A DNA stretch of 64,000 nucleotides from a virus: IMG/VR virus record IMGVR_UViG_3300040801_002379, positions 1 to 64,000 of that record; one strand, written 5' to 3'. A program made the position numbers and the translations under genes. The notes beneath the pieces are model-generated. The model did no database searches and had not been told where the DNA came from. It was given only the letters and a program-made list of their open reading frames with translations. Positions 23,347 to 32,182 of the stretch are shown here, one piece after another. Each line of letters starts with the position of its first letter. Positions within the stretch are counted from its first letter, which is position 1.

Positions 23347-25400
23347 TTCTTCTCTCCAGGGTAATTCGGGTAATCCTTCAGGAAGTCCGGGTCATGTGCG
23401 TGAGTCCCACTGGTGCTCTTCGACCAGACCATCTTGCCGTCCTGGCGCCTATCATACAAGGCTCCAGAATCCGCTTCCGCAGCTACCTTGAAGAAGTTGC
23501 TCGGAATCTTGTCGTAGGCGGACTCGATGAACTCGGGCGGGACGTACCGCCCGGTCTTGTTGGCGCGCTTCATGGCGTCGGAGACGGCCTGGTCCTTGTC
23601 CTGGTCAGGCATCATCAGGTGGACGTGGTAGCCGTTCTCCTTGAGCATCCGGACCTGCTTGAGGAACTTCTTCTCGTTGGCCCCGGTGCCGTCCAGAACG
23701 ATGTTGTAGTTTTCATCGACCGCCTGCTTGGCCATCTGCTTCGCGAGCGTGCTCGACTCCTCGTGCGCGAAGGCCGCGGCGCCCTGCCACTTCATGGACA
23801 GAGCTTCTTGGTACTCGGGTAGCTCCCCCTTGATGTCGTCAGCATCGACGTGGACGAAGTTCTCGCCAGCCGCTCCAGAATTCCGGAGCATGGTGCTCTT
23901 GCCTGAGGCGGTGCCGCCCATCATGACGATGGCCATCTTCGGGCCCTTGTTGATGGGCGTCTTCCCCTCGAAGGCCTTCGAGATGATGCTCTCGTGGAGC
24001 TTCTTGCGCTCGGCCGTGAAGTCACCGGTCGCATCGTCCCAATGCATCTGCTCGGTACCACCACGGGCTCCGGGCTCGTCCTTCGACATGTCCGCGGGCG
24101 GGAAGCCTTCAGGCGGGTCGGTGCGCCACGGGGCTTTGATGTACTCGTCGGTCTTCGGCTTGAGGCGGCGGGCCTCCTTCTTGGCCGCCGGCTTCCGAGG
24201 CTGCTTGTCCTCGTGCGCGGTGCCCGTGGGCTGGCCGGTCTTGGGGTCGATGTAGACGCGCTTCCCGCCCTGCAACGCGACCTTGTACCCACCCGGGGTG
24301 ATGCCTCCGATGGGCGTGACGGCCTTGATGAGGAGCCGCTCGGCCGGGGGCTCGATGAGATGGAGGCCCTTCTTGACCTTCTTCCCCGGGTAGAACTTGC
24401 CCTTCTTGTAGCTCACGTGGCCCGCGTCGACGGCGCCCTTCATCGCGGCGTGGACTTCCTTGTGGCCGTACTTCTGGACGAGGCCTTTGAACGCATCGAT
24501 GCCGCAGCCCGCGTCGCCCGCCTTGTCCACCTCGGCGCATGCCTTTGAGGTCAGGTAGCTCTTGCGAGCGTCTTCTCCAGAAACGTGGTCGCCGTGGTGC
24601 TGCTTGTACTTGTCCTCGTTGTAGTAGTACCGACGCTTGCCGTCTGGACCGTCGACGCGCTTCACGTACTTGCCGCCCTTCGGCTGTCCAGCTTTCTGGA
24701 GGTCATACAGCTCGGCGGGACGGAAGACCTCCTGGTAGCCGCTCTTTTGGAGGACCTTCTGGTAGAGCTGAAGCGCTCGGTGGTTGACGATGACCCGGAC
24801 CTCGGGGTCGAGCCCCTCGGTGAGCAGCGTGCTCATCAGGCTCTTGGCCAGATGCACCCTGTTGGGGCTTGAGACGACGTCTCGTGAGACGAGCTTCGCC
24901 AGCCGGGCCTCCATAGCCTTGCTGAGGCCGAGGCCTGAGACGACGTCCTGAGCAGTCTGAGGGGTACGTTCGAAATGTCGTTCCATGTTCCAACCTTGAG
25001 GCTTCGCATTGAGCGCCCGCTCCGTCTCGGGGTCGAGTCGGGGACGGGTGCCCATGGGAATGGTTTGGCCCGGAACCTGGCCCGGGATGCGCGTGTAGCC
25101 AGTGAACTGCGATTGGGGTCGACCACCGATGAGGTCGAAGCCCGCAGCTTTCTGGAGAGCTTCCTGAATCTTCTTTTGGTGCTTGGCCTTCATACGTGCT
25201 CCACGGTGACGTGAATGAAATCTCTCGACCTCGTACTCGTCGCGAACCTTCTGAGCGTTGCCGTCCTTCACCCGGTTCAGCTTCTTCTTGCCGAGCATGA
25301 GCTTGACGCGGTCACCTTCGTCCAGCTCCCCGAGCATGTCGGGGTCGTGGCCGAACGTGACGGGTTGCCGCTCCCGGTTCTTCCGGTTTTGGCTGTCCAT
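23343..25400 (-). CDS. 685-aa protein with C-terminal Zeta-toxin-like P-loop kinase domain
   Basis: The start is placed at ATG 25400 (MDSQNRKN), because the ORF-track start at 25586 lies inside terL. The C-terminus has MMGGTASGKST, HEESS and VLDGTG, and is paralogous to the C-terminus of the 14002-18849 product. It contains the TPIGGITPGGYKV module. Confidence 0.75.
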   Translation of the reverse strand: MDSQNRKNRERQPVTFGHDPDMLGELDEGDRVKLMLGKKKLNRVKDGNAQKVRDEYEVERFHSRHRGARMKAKHQKKIQEALQKAAGFDLIGGRPQSQFTGYTRIPGQVPGQTIPMGTRPRLDPETERALNAKPQGWNMERHFERTPQTAQDVVSGLGLSKAMEARLAKLVSRDVVSSPNRVHLAKSLMSTLLTEGLDPEVRVIVNHRALQLYQKVLQKSGYQEVFRPAELYDLQKAGQPKGGKYVKRVDGPDGKRRYYYNEDKYKQHHGDHVSGEDARKSYLTSKACAEVDKAGDAGCGIDAFKGLVQKYGHKEVHAAMKGAVDAGHVSYKKGKFYPGKKVKKGLHLIEPPAERLLIKAVTPIGGITPGGYKVALQGGKRVYIDPKTGQPTGTAHEDKQPRKPAAKKEARRLKPKTDEYIKAPWRTDPPEGFPPADMSKDEPGARGGTEQMHWDDATGDFTAERKKLHESIISKAFEGKTPINKGPKMAIVMMGGTASGKSTMLRNSGAAGENFVHVDADDIKGELPEYQEALSMKWQGAAAFAHEESSTLAKQMAKQAVDENYNIVLDGTGANEKKFLKQVRMLKENGYHVHLMMPDQDKDQAVSDAMKRANKTGRYVPPEFIESAYDKIPSNFFKVAAEADSGALYDRRQDGKMVWSKSTSGTHAHDPDFLKDYPNYPGEKK

Positions 25401-25470
25401 GCTCACCAATGGCACGGTCGTGAGGTTGACATGGGTGCAGGGTTCTGGCCAGGGCTGGGCTTGGCGGGAA

Positions 25471-27444
25471 TCACCAGCCCATGCCGCCCGCCATGCCCGG
25501 AATCGGAGCCCCTTCCCGGGGCTTCCAGTCCTCGATGTCCCCATCTGCGGCCAGGGGTAGCCCGGTGAACACGTCGTCCGGAGCATCGTCCAATGCCGGC
25601 TCTGGATGTACGACCTTCCCGGTCTTGGGGTCGACGCCCGTCTGGTCGCGGATGATTTCGTCGTGGGAGGGCATGTGGACCTTCTCTCCGCGTTCGAGGG
25701 CCTTCTGCTGCTTTCGGTCTAGGGTGTCCTCGATGCCGAACGAGGCCGAGAAGCTCGCGCCCGCCCGGCACGCCTGGTCCGCAATCCAGCTCGCCATGGC
25801 GCAGTCGTCGTGCTCGCCGATGCTCTGGACCTTCCCCTTGTCGAAGAGGAACTGGTTCAGCTCGGTAATCCAGATGTCGGTCATCTCGACCGAGCGCGCG
25901 TCGCCTCGCGGGATGCGCCACTTGCCGTTCTCCAGAAGCGTACGCATCGACGGGAGACCCTTCTCCAGAGAGTGCTTGGCCAGGCCCGTCGTGTGGAACT
26001 CCTTGATGGGAAGGTCGGTGTCCTCCTTCAGCTCTTGGCCGAAGATGGCCTGCATCTGGTTGGACTCCAGAAACATGAGGTCGGGGCGGTAGCGTCGACC
26101 CGTCGCGATGATGGCCGCCTTCTGCTCCTTGTACGTCGCGCCGTGGAAGCGCTCGATGTCGATGACCCATCGATTGCCCCGCGGGTCCAGACCGACGGTG
26201 AAGATGACCGTGAAGTCGCTGTCCTTCCTCGTACCGATGGCGAAGTCGACGCCGACGTAGATGGTGACGTCGAGCTTGTCCCAGAAGTCGCGCGGCATGC
26301 CGAGGCTGAGGTTGTACTGCTCGGATGGCTTGCCCTTGAAGAGCCACGTGGGGAAGAGCGAGAGGTCGTCCGAGATGGGCTGGACGAGGTACTCGCGCGT
26401 GAACCGGATGCTGCCGACGACCTCGTCGCGAATCTTGTAGAGCGCCTTGATGTCGTAGCGCTCTGGCCAGAGCGCACGTTCCTTGTCGGTGCCCTGGTCC
26501 AGAATCGCCGGGTACTTGGCGCAGAAGAACGCGGGCATCTTGTTCAGCTCGGCGTACAGGTCCGAGCTATGGAACGGCGTACCGATGACCAGAATCTGGC
26601 CGCCGGGTACGCGCATCGGGACGATGGCGTTGAAGAAGTATTCGTTCTGCTTGTGCCGCTGCGTTTCGCTGTACGCGGTCTCGTCGTTCAGAACGTCGTC
26701 GCAGACAATCCAGACCGGGTGAGCACCACGGACCTTCGTGCCGTAGCCTCGGGCGTAGATGGTGTGCCCGTTGGCCAGCTTGATTTCGTCGTCGTTCCAA
26801 CGTTCTTTTCTGGACGGAAGAAGATGAGCGAGCCGTGGGTTGGTCTCAATCTCCTCACGGATGTCGCGAAGGATGCGGCGGGCCTGCGGCTGCGTGGCCG
26901 AGAAGATGAAGCCCGCACGCTTCGGGTGACGCCACGCCTGCCAGATGGGGTAGGCGAAGTCGCAGAAGAACGTCTTGCCGTGGTCACGCGATGCCTGGAT
27001 GCAGGCGAACTCGTGCTCGGCGATGATGTCGCTCCACTCCTCGTGGTGCTCGGAGATGATGAACTTGCCGTTGTACGGATGGATGTCTGGACCGCGGAGG
27101 TTCCTCGCAGCGAAGTAGGCGAGGCTCTCGAACTGCATAGCCAGCTCGACTTCCTCGGCTTCGGTGAGGTCTTCGAGTTGCCCCAGGACTTGGGTCAGGT
27201 CCTTGTACGCCGGACCGTCGGGAGAGTCGTCCAGAATCTCCTCTTCACGAATCTGGAATGGCTCGCGACCTTCGACCGGGAGCGCTTCTTCGACACCCTC
27301 GATGAAGGTCAGCTCCTCGACCGGGTCGAGGCTGTCCAGAATCTCCTGCCAGTCGTAGTCGTCCTCTTCGGCCTCCCACACGCGGGGGACGCTGAAGGCC
27401 GAGACGATGGAGTGCTGGGACCGGCGCCTCTCCGTCCAGCCCAT
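25471..27444 (-). CDS. terL: terminase large subunit
   Basis: Walker A-like ASRDHGKT, Walker B VWIVCDD, and RNaseH-like nuclease motifs (VGVDFAIG..DFTVIFTVG, ..IGEHDD). The start is placed at ATG 27444, after the PHP stop (27464). The 27756 start would overlap PHP by about 290 nt. Confidence 0.9.
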   Translation of the reverse strand: MGWTERRRSQHSIVSAFSVPRVWEAEEDDYDWQEILDSLDPVEELTFIEGVEEALPVEGREPFQIREEEILDDSPDGPAYKDLTQVLGQLEDLTEAEEVELAMQFESLAYFAARNLRGPDIHPYNGKFIISEHHEEWSDIIAEHEFACIQASRDHGKTFFCDFAYPIWQAWRHPKRAGFIFSATQPQARRILRDIREEIETNPRLAHLLPSRKERWNDDEIKLANGHTIYARGYGTKVRGAHPVWIVCDDVLNDETAYSETQRHKQNEYFFNAIVPMRVPGGQILVIGTPFHSSDLYAELNKMPAFFCAKYPAILDQGTDKERALWPERYDIKALYKIRDEVVGSIRFTREYLVQPISDDLSLFPTWLFKGKPSEQYNLSLGMPRDFWDKLDVTIYVGVDFAIGTRKDSDFTVIFTVGLDPRGNRWVIDIERFHGATYKEQKAAIIATGRRYRPDLMFLESNQMQAIFGQELKEDTDLPIKEFHTTGLAKHSLEKGLPSMRTLLENGKWRIPRGDARSVEMTDIWITELNQFLFDKGKVQSIGEHDDCAMASWIADQACRAGASFSASFGIEDTLDRKQQKALERGEKVHMPSHDEIIRDQTGVDPKTGKVVHPEPALDDAPDDVFTGLPLAADGDIEDWKPREGAPIPGMAGGMGW

Positions 27445-27463
27445 CTGGGAGGAGAGGCTCTCC

Positions 27464-28486
27464 TTACCGCCGCCGCTTGTGCTGCCGGGCGAGGTAGGCT
27501 TGGACTTCGGAGGGGTCGTCTGAGACGAGGTCTTGGTCGTGGAAGGCGTGCTCGGGGATGTCTTCGTCTTCGATTTCGATGTCGAAGATGGGCTCGAAGT
27601 CGTCGGTTGCGGCGTCGAACTCTTCGAAGGCTTCGTCGAAGGACCTGATTTGGCGGTCTTCTTCTTCGAAGATGGGAGGGAGTCGGACGGGGTCGTGCCG
27701 GCTCCAGAATGACCCTTGCCCCGAGGCATAGGGGGATTGATATGGCGTTTTGCCACCCTTGTCCAGAGACGAGCCCCAAAGCGACCTGGAGCTGTACCAA
27801 CCGGCCTTCCGTTGCTCGGCCACCTTGCGCCGGTTGACCACCGGCCGGAAGCGGGGAGCGTCGTCCAGAAGGGCCTCGACCAGGTCGCCGTTGCGTCGGA
27901 CCAGCCCGTCGAATTCGGTGTAGCAGGTGCCGATTCGGTACGCGATGTGGGCGTCGCTGTTACCGACTACCGGGATGCTGAGCTTCTGCGCGGCCTCGAC
28001 GGCCTTCTCATTCTCGCGCTGGCGGTAGTCTCGGACTTCGAGCTGGCCGTTCCAACCCTCGACCGCGACCAGGTCCTGGAGCTTGAAGAGGTGGTCAGCG
28101 CAGCGCTTCTTGTAGCCGTGGTACGGATGGCTGGGGAAGGCGACTCCGCCCTCCTCGCGGGCGCGCCAGATGACCTCCTGAAGCTCCTCGTAGCGACCCA
28201 GCTTCAAGGTGTCGATGTCGACCCCGTAGACCAGCACGTGGCCTTGGGCGCTGCTGTACTCGCAGCCATGGAGGCAGATGAAGCCCGCCTCGCGGACGGC
28301 CGTGGCGACTTTGAGGGACGCCGGCTTCTCGCGGCTCTTGGTGATGTGATGGTCGGTGATGACGATTCCGTCGAGCCCGGCTTTCTGGATGGCCTTCACG
28401 TACTCCGCGGGGGAGCCGTAGCCGTCAGACGTGGGCGTGTGCAGGTGCATGTCCAGCTTGGTGGTGCGTCGCTTGGTGCCCATCAT
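27464..28486 (-). CDS. PHP-family metal-dependent phosphoesterase
   Basis: Motifs MHLHTPTSDG..ITDHH..HGCEYS..FPSHPY..NSDAH, followed by an acidic C-terminal tail. Confidence 0.75.
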   Translation of the reverse strand: MMGTKRRTTKLDMHLHTPTSDGYGSPAEYVKAIQKAGLDGIVITDHHITKSREKPASLKVATAVREAGFICLHGCEYSSAQGHVLVYGVDIDTLKLGRYEELQEVIWRAREEGGVAFPSHPYHGYKKRCADHLFKLQDLVAVEGWNGQLEVRDYRQRENEKAVEAAQKLSIPVVGNSDAHIAYRIGTCYTEFDGLVRRNGDLVEALLDDAPRFRPVVNRRKVAEQRKAGWYSSRSLWGSSLDKGGKTPYQSPYASGQGSFWSRHDPVRLPPIFEEEDRQIRSFDEAFEEFDAATDDFEPIFDIEIEDEDIPEHAFHDQDLVSDDPSEVQAYLARQHKRRR

Positions 28487-28650
28487 CCCTTCTCCTCTTT
28501 CACTTCATGGCCGGTGACGGCCAGCATGTTGTGGCCTTTCTCGTAGAAGAACTCGAACGCTTCCAGCATAGCCTTGGTCTTCGAGGCTGCTTCGACCCGC
28601 TTCTTGAGCGGGCCTCCCGAGCCGTGGAACGTGACGTGGTAGGTCGTCAT
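28483..28650 (-). CDS. small hypothetical protein (55 aa)
   Basis: ATG 28650 (MTTYHVTF) lies 6 nt after AAGGAG. It is the first ORF downstream of promoter 28692-28743. Confidence 0.5.
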   Translation of the reverse strand: MTTYHVTFHGSGGPLKKRVEAASKTKAMLEAFEFFYEKGHNMLAVTGHEVKEEKG

Positions 28651-28691
28651 GGGTGGCTCCTTTCCGGAGGGAGCCTCCTCCCTCCATCTGT

Positions 28692-28743
28692 ATAGTCGCA
28701 TGGACCCTCCAGAATGTAAAGCAGAAAAACTCAGTTTTCTGGA
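28692..28743 (-). promoter_or_regulatory. conserved phage promoter (family member 1)
   Basis: Minus-strand read: TCCAGAAAACTGAGTTTTTCTGC-TTTACA-TTCTGGAGGGTCCATGC(17)-GACTAT. Confidence 0.6.
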
Positions 28744-28747
28744 CTAG

Positions 28748-28996
28748 TTAGGACCGCGGGGCGTGGTCCAGAGGGTGTCGGGGGCCGGCGAGTCTGGCGC
28801 CGCCGCTGAGCCGGCTGAGCCGGAACCCGCGGTCGTTGTCCGCCGCGTACGCGCGCATGAGGCCCCCTGGTTCGTCCAGGAATCGAACGATGATTTCCCG
28901 GCGAGGGGTGATGGTCACCTGGACGTCCTGGCCCTCCTGAGCGAACCAGGAGGTCACCAGCTCTCGAAGGGCGAGGACCTCTGAGGGCACCATCAC
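28748..28996 (-). CDS. hypothetical protein
   Basis: 82 aa. The start is coupled to the upstream stop (TGATG). Confidence 0.45.
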   Translation of the reverse strand: MMVPSEVLALRELVTSWFAQEGQDVQVTITPRREIIVRFLDEPGGLMRAYAADNDRGFRLSRLSGGARLAGPRHPLDHAPRS

Positions 28997-29307
28997 TTCA
29001 CCACCAGCTCGGAGCTATCGGAGACGAAGGGGAAGGCGATGTAGTGCTTTCGGCCCTTCTGGATGGTGGCCTCGATGCCGGCCTGAGCGAGGGCTTTCAG
29101 GAGCCGCTCCCGCGAGGTGCATTTCAGAACCACGCCGACCCCGGAGCTATGGGGCTTGACCTTGACCGAGTTGTCGGTGAAGGCGCCGTCCGCGAGGTCC
29201 AGAAGGATGGTCTTCTTGACCGTCATCTTCATCAGGGCCTGCTCCGTCTTCTTGGCGGCGGCGAGGGCTTTGGTGGAGGGCTTGGCCTTCTTAGCTAGCG
29301 ACTTCAT
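28993..29307 (-). CDS. hypothetical protein (Lys/Ala-rich N-terminus)
   Basis: 104 aa. GAGAGGAAG lies upstream of the ATG. Confidence 0.5.
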   Translation of the reverse strand: MKSLAKKAKPSTKALAAAKKTEQALMKMTVKKTILLDLADGAFTDNSVKVKPHSSGVGVVLKCTSRERLLKALAQAGIEATIQKGRKHYIAFPFVSDSSELVVK

Positions 29308-29488
29308 GGGTGCTTCCTCTCTGGTCCAACCGGACCACCTTGGGGGGTTCGTGGCGGTTCCGAAGCAGGGCGTCGATGGCCATCATCCGGTGCAGCTTGC
29401 GGGCTGCTTCGAGCGGGGTCCGCTCGGGGAGGTGAGCCACCAGCGCGACCCGAAGGGCTTGCCGTTCCTGCTTCGTCACCCCAGCCAC
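29291..29488 (-). CDS. hypothetical protein
   Basis: 65 aa. The GTG start lies at about the predicted +1 of promoter 2 (possibly leaderless). The start is uncertain. Confidence 0.35.
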   Translation of the reverse strand: MAGVTKQERQALRVALVAHLPERTPLEAARKLHRMMAIDALLRNRHEPPKVVRLDQRGSTHEVAS

Positions 29489-29494
29489 ACCTAG

Positions 29495-29545
29495 ATACTA
29501 CGGCACACCAGGGCAGATGTAAAGCAGAAAAACTCACTTTCTGGA
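29495..29545 (-). promoter_or_regulatory. conserved phage promoter (family member 2)
   Basis: TCCAGAAAGTGAGTTTTTCTGC-TTTACA-N17-TAGTAT-CTAGGTG. Confidence 0.65.
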
Positions 29546-29749
29546 CCAATGGTCCAGGGGAGGCACGACCCCATCCTCGTGGGGGACTGGACGACCGAGG
29601 ACGAGGTGGGTCTCGTAGGTGTCCAGAATTTCGATGTCGAGGCGGTGCTTGAGGTAGGCCCCGAATCGGACCATGTCCCTCGTGCTGAGCCTCTCGTAGC
29701 TTAGCGGTACCGGCCCCGGCACTCCTTGCACTGCGGCTGATTGCGCCAT
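29534..29749 (-). CDS. hypothetical protein
   Basis: 71 aa. Its stop TGA lies inside the promoter-2 element (AAGTGAG). The start overlaps the upstream gene and is uncertain. Confidence 0.45.
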   Translation of the reverse strand: MAQSAAVQGVPGPVPLSYERLSTRDMVRFGAYLKHRLDIEILDTYETHLVLGRPVPHEDGVVPPLDHWSRK

Positions 29750-29913
29750 TGGACCCCTCTCGGCTTCATGCGCCTGAGCGTGAAGCCGAAGGCTTCAGCG
29801 TCCAGGACGCGGTGGCAATTCGTGCATTCGAACAGCGCGTTGGTCAAGACGACCGACTCGCCGCCGTCCTCACTCGCCAGCTCCAGACGCTGGCCTTCGA
29901 CTTCTGCCTTCAT
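29701..29913 (-). CDS. small zinc-ribbon protein
   Basis: 70 aa with CTNC...CKEC. The start is coupled to the upstream stop. Confidence 0.5.
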   Translation of the reverse strand: MKAEVEGQRLELASEDGGESVVLTNALFECTNCHRVLDAEAFGFTLRRMKPRGVQWRNQPQCKECRGRYR

Positions 29914-30140
29914 TCTTCGTGCGCCTCCTCGTCCGTCTCTTCGGAGTGTACGAGCGTGATTTTCATCGGCTCGCCATCAGCATCCTCGATGATGAACGCT
30001 TCTTCGTCGAAAGCGTAGCCGTTTAGCTGGACCTCTCGACCGCTCGCGATTTCTCGTGCGTCTTCCTCCGTCTCGGCGATGACCTCGGTGTGTGCGCTCA
30101 CCGTGACGTGGGCGCTGAATCGGAATCTCTTCATTTTCAT
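29910..30140 (-). CDS. small acidic protein
   Basis: 76 aa from ATG 30140 (MKMKRFRF). The upstream part of track ORF 29910-30479 is out-of-context Arg/Pro-rich read-through. Confidence 0.5.
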   Translation of the reverse strand: MKMKRFRFSAHVTVSAHTEVIAETEEDAREIASGREVQLNGYAFDEEAFIIEDADGEPMKITLVHSEETDEEAHEE

Positions 30141-30145
30141 CCCTT

Positions 30146-30460
30146 TCAGAGGCTCGTGTAGAGCCCGGTCTGTTCGGTGAAGATGGCCTGGAGCTGGTCC
30201 GCGTAGACCTGTTCGACGGTCGCCTTCATGGTGAATTTGCTGCCGTGGAAGTAGGAGAACTCCATCGTGTAGAGGTCGAGTCCTGCCTCGTAGCGGATGC
30301 AGCATCGGTTGACGGAACCCTTGGGGCCCTTGGCTCGCGGGAACGCGAAGGCCAGGTAGGGCGTCTCGGGAGCGCCGTGCGTGAAGTTGCGGGCTCCGGT
30401 CATGGCGCGGAACTTGTTGGCTCCGAGCTGGTGAAAGATGGTGGCGGCTGTCTGGTTCAT
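30146..30460 (-). CDS. conserved phage protein of unknown function
   Basis: 104 aa: MNQTAATIFHQLGANKFRAMTGA...FTEQTGLYTSL. This pattern is recalled from many phage genomes. GGAGGA lies 4 nt upstream of the ATG. Confidence 0.6.
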   Translation of the reverse strand: MNQTAATIFHQLGANKFRAMTGARNFTHGAPETPYLAFAFPRAKGPKGSVNRCCIRYEAGLDLYTMEFSYFHGSKFTMKATVEQVYADQLQAIFTEQTGLYTSL

Positions 30461-30496
30461 GCTTCCTCCCGGGGAGCAACCGCTCCCCTCATCTTC

Positions 30497-30546
30497 ATCA
30501 TAGCAGGACCGTCCAGAGTGTCAAGCAGAAAAATGCACTTTCTGGA
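30497..30546 (-). promoter_or_regulatory. conserved phage promoter (family member 3, TTGACA/TATGAT class)
   Basis: TCCAGAAAGTGCATTTTTCTGC-TTGACA-N16-TATGAT-GAAGATG. Confidence 0.65.
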
Positions 30547-30781
30547 TGGCTCGAAGCTGTTCGAGGCGTGCCTTCAGGAGGTCTCGTTCGGCCTCCAGAA
30601 GGAGCACACGCGCCTCGAATCGAGCCCGTTGGCGCTCGGTCAGTTGTGGAGTGATGAGCGCGAGAGCCTGGCTCTCGCGCGCGTCCACGATACGCCAGAC
30701 GAGGGAAGCGAGCCGGATTCGGAGGTTGAGCCACTCGTAGCGAGCAATCTTCCCGTCAGGAGTGAGGCTTGGCTTGGCCAT
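30521..30781 (-). CDS. hypothetical coiled-coil protein
   Basis: 86 aa from ATG 30781 (TGATG coupling). Its stop TGA lies inside the -35 box of promoter 3. Confidence 0.5.
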   Translation of the reverse strand: MAKPSLTPDGKIARYEWLNLRIRLASLVWRIVDARESQALALITPQLTERQRARFEARVLLLEAERDLLKARLEQLRAIQKVHFSA

Positions 30782-31173
30782 CAGTGGTAGCTCGTCTCGG
30801 TGCAGGCGTTGCCGGTCCACTCGGTGGACCAGCCGCACTCGTTGACACCGTCGAAGGAGAGCCGACCGTCCTTGTCGAAGTCCTTCTTCTTCCGCCGAGT
30901 CTCGGGGTACATGGGGTGCCACTTGGGGGCGGGGACGACCTTGGCGCTCATGGGGCCGTTGGCCTCGACCACCATGGAACCGAGCCGACGCAGCGTGACG
31001 AAGCACTTGGTCTCCTTCACGATGGCCCAGAAGTCGATGTTCGTCTGGTCGTAGCCCCAGGAGTGAACGACGACGCGGTAGTTGCGTCCGTCGATGCGGA
31101 CCTGGTTCGGAGGCGGGGTGCGTCCGGGCTGGGGGTCGAGGGTGAGGTCGGAGACGAGGTTCGCGTAATTCAT
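30781..31173 (-). CDS. hypothetical protein
   Basis: 130 aa from ATG 31173 (MNYANLVSD). Earlier in-frame ATGs lie upstream of the predicted transcription start of promoter 4. Confidence 0.5.
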   Translation of the reverse strand: MNYANLVSDLTLDPQPGRTPPPNQVRIDGRNYRVVVHSWGYDQTNIDFWAIVKETKCFVTLRRLGSMVVEANGPMSAKVVPAPKWHPMYPETRRKKKDFDKDGRLSFDGVNECGWSTEWTGNACTETSYH

Positions 31174-31216
31174 GTCTGCTCTTCTTTCCCAGGAGGCTCC
31201 CGCCCCCTGCATCTTC

Positions 31217-31266
31217 ATCATAGCACCATGCGGGGCAGTGTCAACCAGAAAAACTCACTTTCTGGA
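31217..31266 (-). promoter_or_regulatory. conserved phage promoter (family member 4, TTGACA/TATGAT class)
   Basis: TCCAGAAAGTGAGTTTTTCTGG-TTGACA-N16-TATGAT-GAAGATG. Confidence 0.65.
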
Positions 31267-31389
31267 TTAAAGGAGCTGGCCGGTCAGGAACCGCCACGGC
31301 CCGAACTGCTTCCACTCCAGAATCAGGATTCCGTGTGGCGTGTCTCGGATGATGGTCTCGGGGTTGGTCACTTGAAGGTCGTGCCACAT
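31267..31389 (-). CDS. very small hypothetical protein (40 aa)
   Basis: Sequence MWHDLQVTNPETIIRDTPHGILILEWKQFGPWRFLTGQLL. It fills the gap between 31391 and promoter 4. Confidence 0.3.
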   Translation of the reverse strand: MWHDLQVTNPETIIRDTPHGILILEWKQFGPWRFLTGQLL

Positions 31390-31390
31390 G

Positions 31391-31594
31391 TCAGTCCTCG
31401 TTCAGCAGCTCGGTGATGCGGTCAATCTGGAAGCGGACCGCCGGAAGATGGGGGACCGGCTGGTCCAGAATCTCGGCCAGGTTCTCGATGCGCCGTTGGC
31501 ACTCGTACCCGCCGACGGTGAGGCAGATGCCTGAGGAGGCGAGCCACTGGACCGTCGAGAGGTCCCACCGGTCGATGGTGAAGCGGGGCGTCAC
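31391..31594 (-). CDS. hypothetical protein
   Basis: 67 aa. The start overlaps the upstream stop. Confidence 0.45.
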   Translation of the reverse strand: MTPRFTIDRWDLSTVQWLASSGICLTVGGYECQRRIENLAEILDQPVPHLPAVRFQIDRITELLNED

Positions 31595-31872
31595 GCCTTA
31601 CCCTTCCAGCCCGAGAAGAGGCGAGGCCGGGGGACGTCGATGCCACGGAGCGGGTCCCAGAGGTCCCGGAGGCATCCTTGAAAATCGAGCGTGAGCTGCT
31701 CGATTTTCAGCTCGCGTTCCCACTTCGCACGCTTGGCCGGGTCGCCGGTCGGGGTGCGCTCCTCGATGACACGGAGGCGCGCGAGGCGGGCGCCGGTCTC
31801 GGTGAGGTAGGCGCCCAACGGGGGCTCGTTGCGCATCGAGTCGTGGCGATGCCAAAGAATCCAGAGTTTCAT
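31591..31872 (-). CDS. hypothetical protein
   Basis: 93 aa from ATG 31872 (MKLWILWH), 5 nt after AAGGAG. Confidence 0.5.
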   Translation of the reverse strand: MKLWILWHRHDSMRNEPPLGAYLTETGARLARLRVIEERTPTGDPAKRAKWERELKIEQLTLDFQGCLRDLWDPLRGIDVPRPRLFSGWKGKA

Positions 31873-31883
31873 ACGTGCTCCTT

Positions 31884-32090
31884 TCAGCTCGCGTAATTCC
31901 AGGAGGTGCCGCCGCCGGTCTTCTGGACGACGGTGGCCACGGCCTCCTCGAAGGTGGCGGTCCAACCGGTCTGGTGGGAAGCATGCCACTCGTAGCCCCG
32001 GGCGTACCAGGTGGCCGTCTGGACGGTGCCCAGCTCGTGGCCGTGCTCCAGGACTCGGGTCATGCTGCCTTCGGTTCGTGTCTTGACCAT
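31884..32090 (-). CDS. hypothetical protein
   Basis: 68 aa from ATG 32090 (MVKTRTEG), with GGAGG 9 nt upstream. It is the first ORF after promoter 5. Confidence 0.5.
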   Translation of the reverse strand: MVKTRTEGSMTRVLEHGHELGTVQTATWYARGYEWHASHQTGWTATFEEAVATVVQKTGGGTSWNYAS

Positions 32091-32110
32091 TTCTCGCTGC
32101 CTCCACCTAG

Positions 32111-32161
32111 ATACTACGGCCACCCGTCCAGAATGTAAAGCAGAAAAACTCACTTTCTGGA
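32111..32161 (-). promoter_or_regulatory. conserved phage promoter (family member 5)
   Basis: TCCAGAAAGTGAGTTTTTCTGC-TTTACA-TTCTGGACGGGTGGCCG(17)-TAGTAT-CTAGGTG. Confidence 0.65.
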
Positions 32162-32182
32162 TAGGTGACCAGGTGGCGGCCG

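Noticed and set aside
27445-27756. A 104-codon N-terminal extension of terL (ORF-track start 27756), Ser/Thr/Pro/Lys-rich.
   Set aside because: It overlaps the 3' end of the PHP gene by about 290 nt, and the PHP frame encodes a plausible acidic tail there. The extension is low-complexity alternative-frame sequence. ATG 27444 follows the PHP stop.
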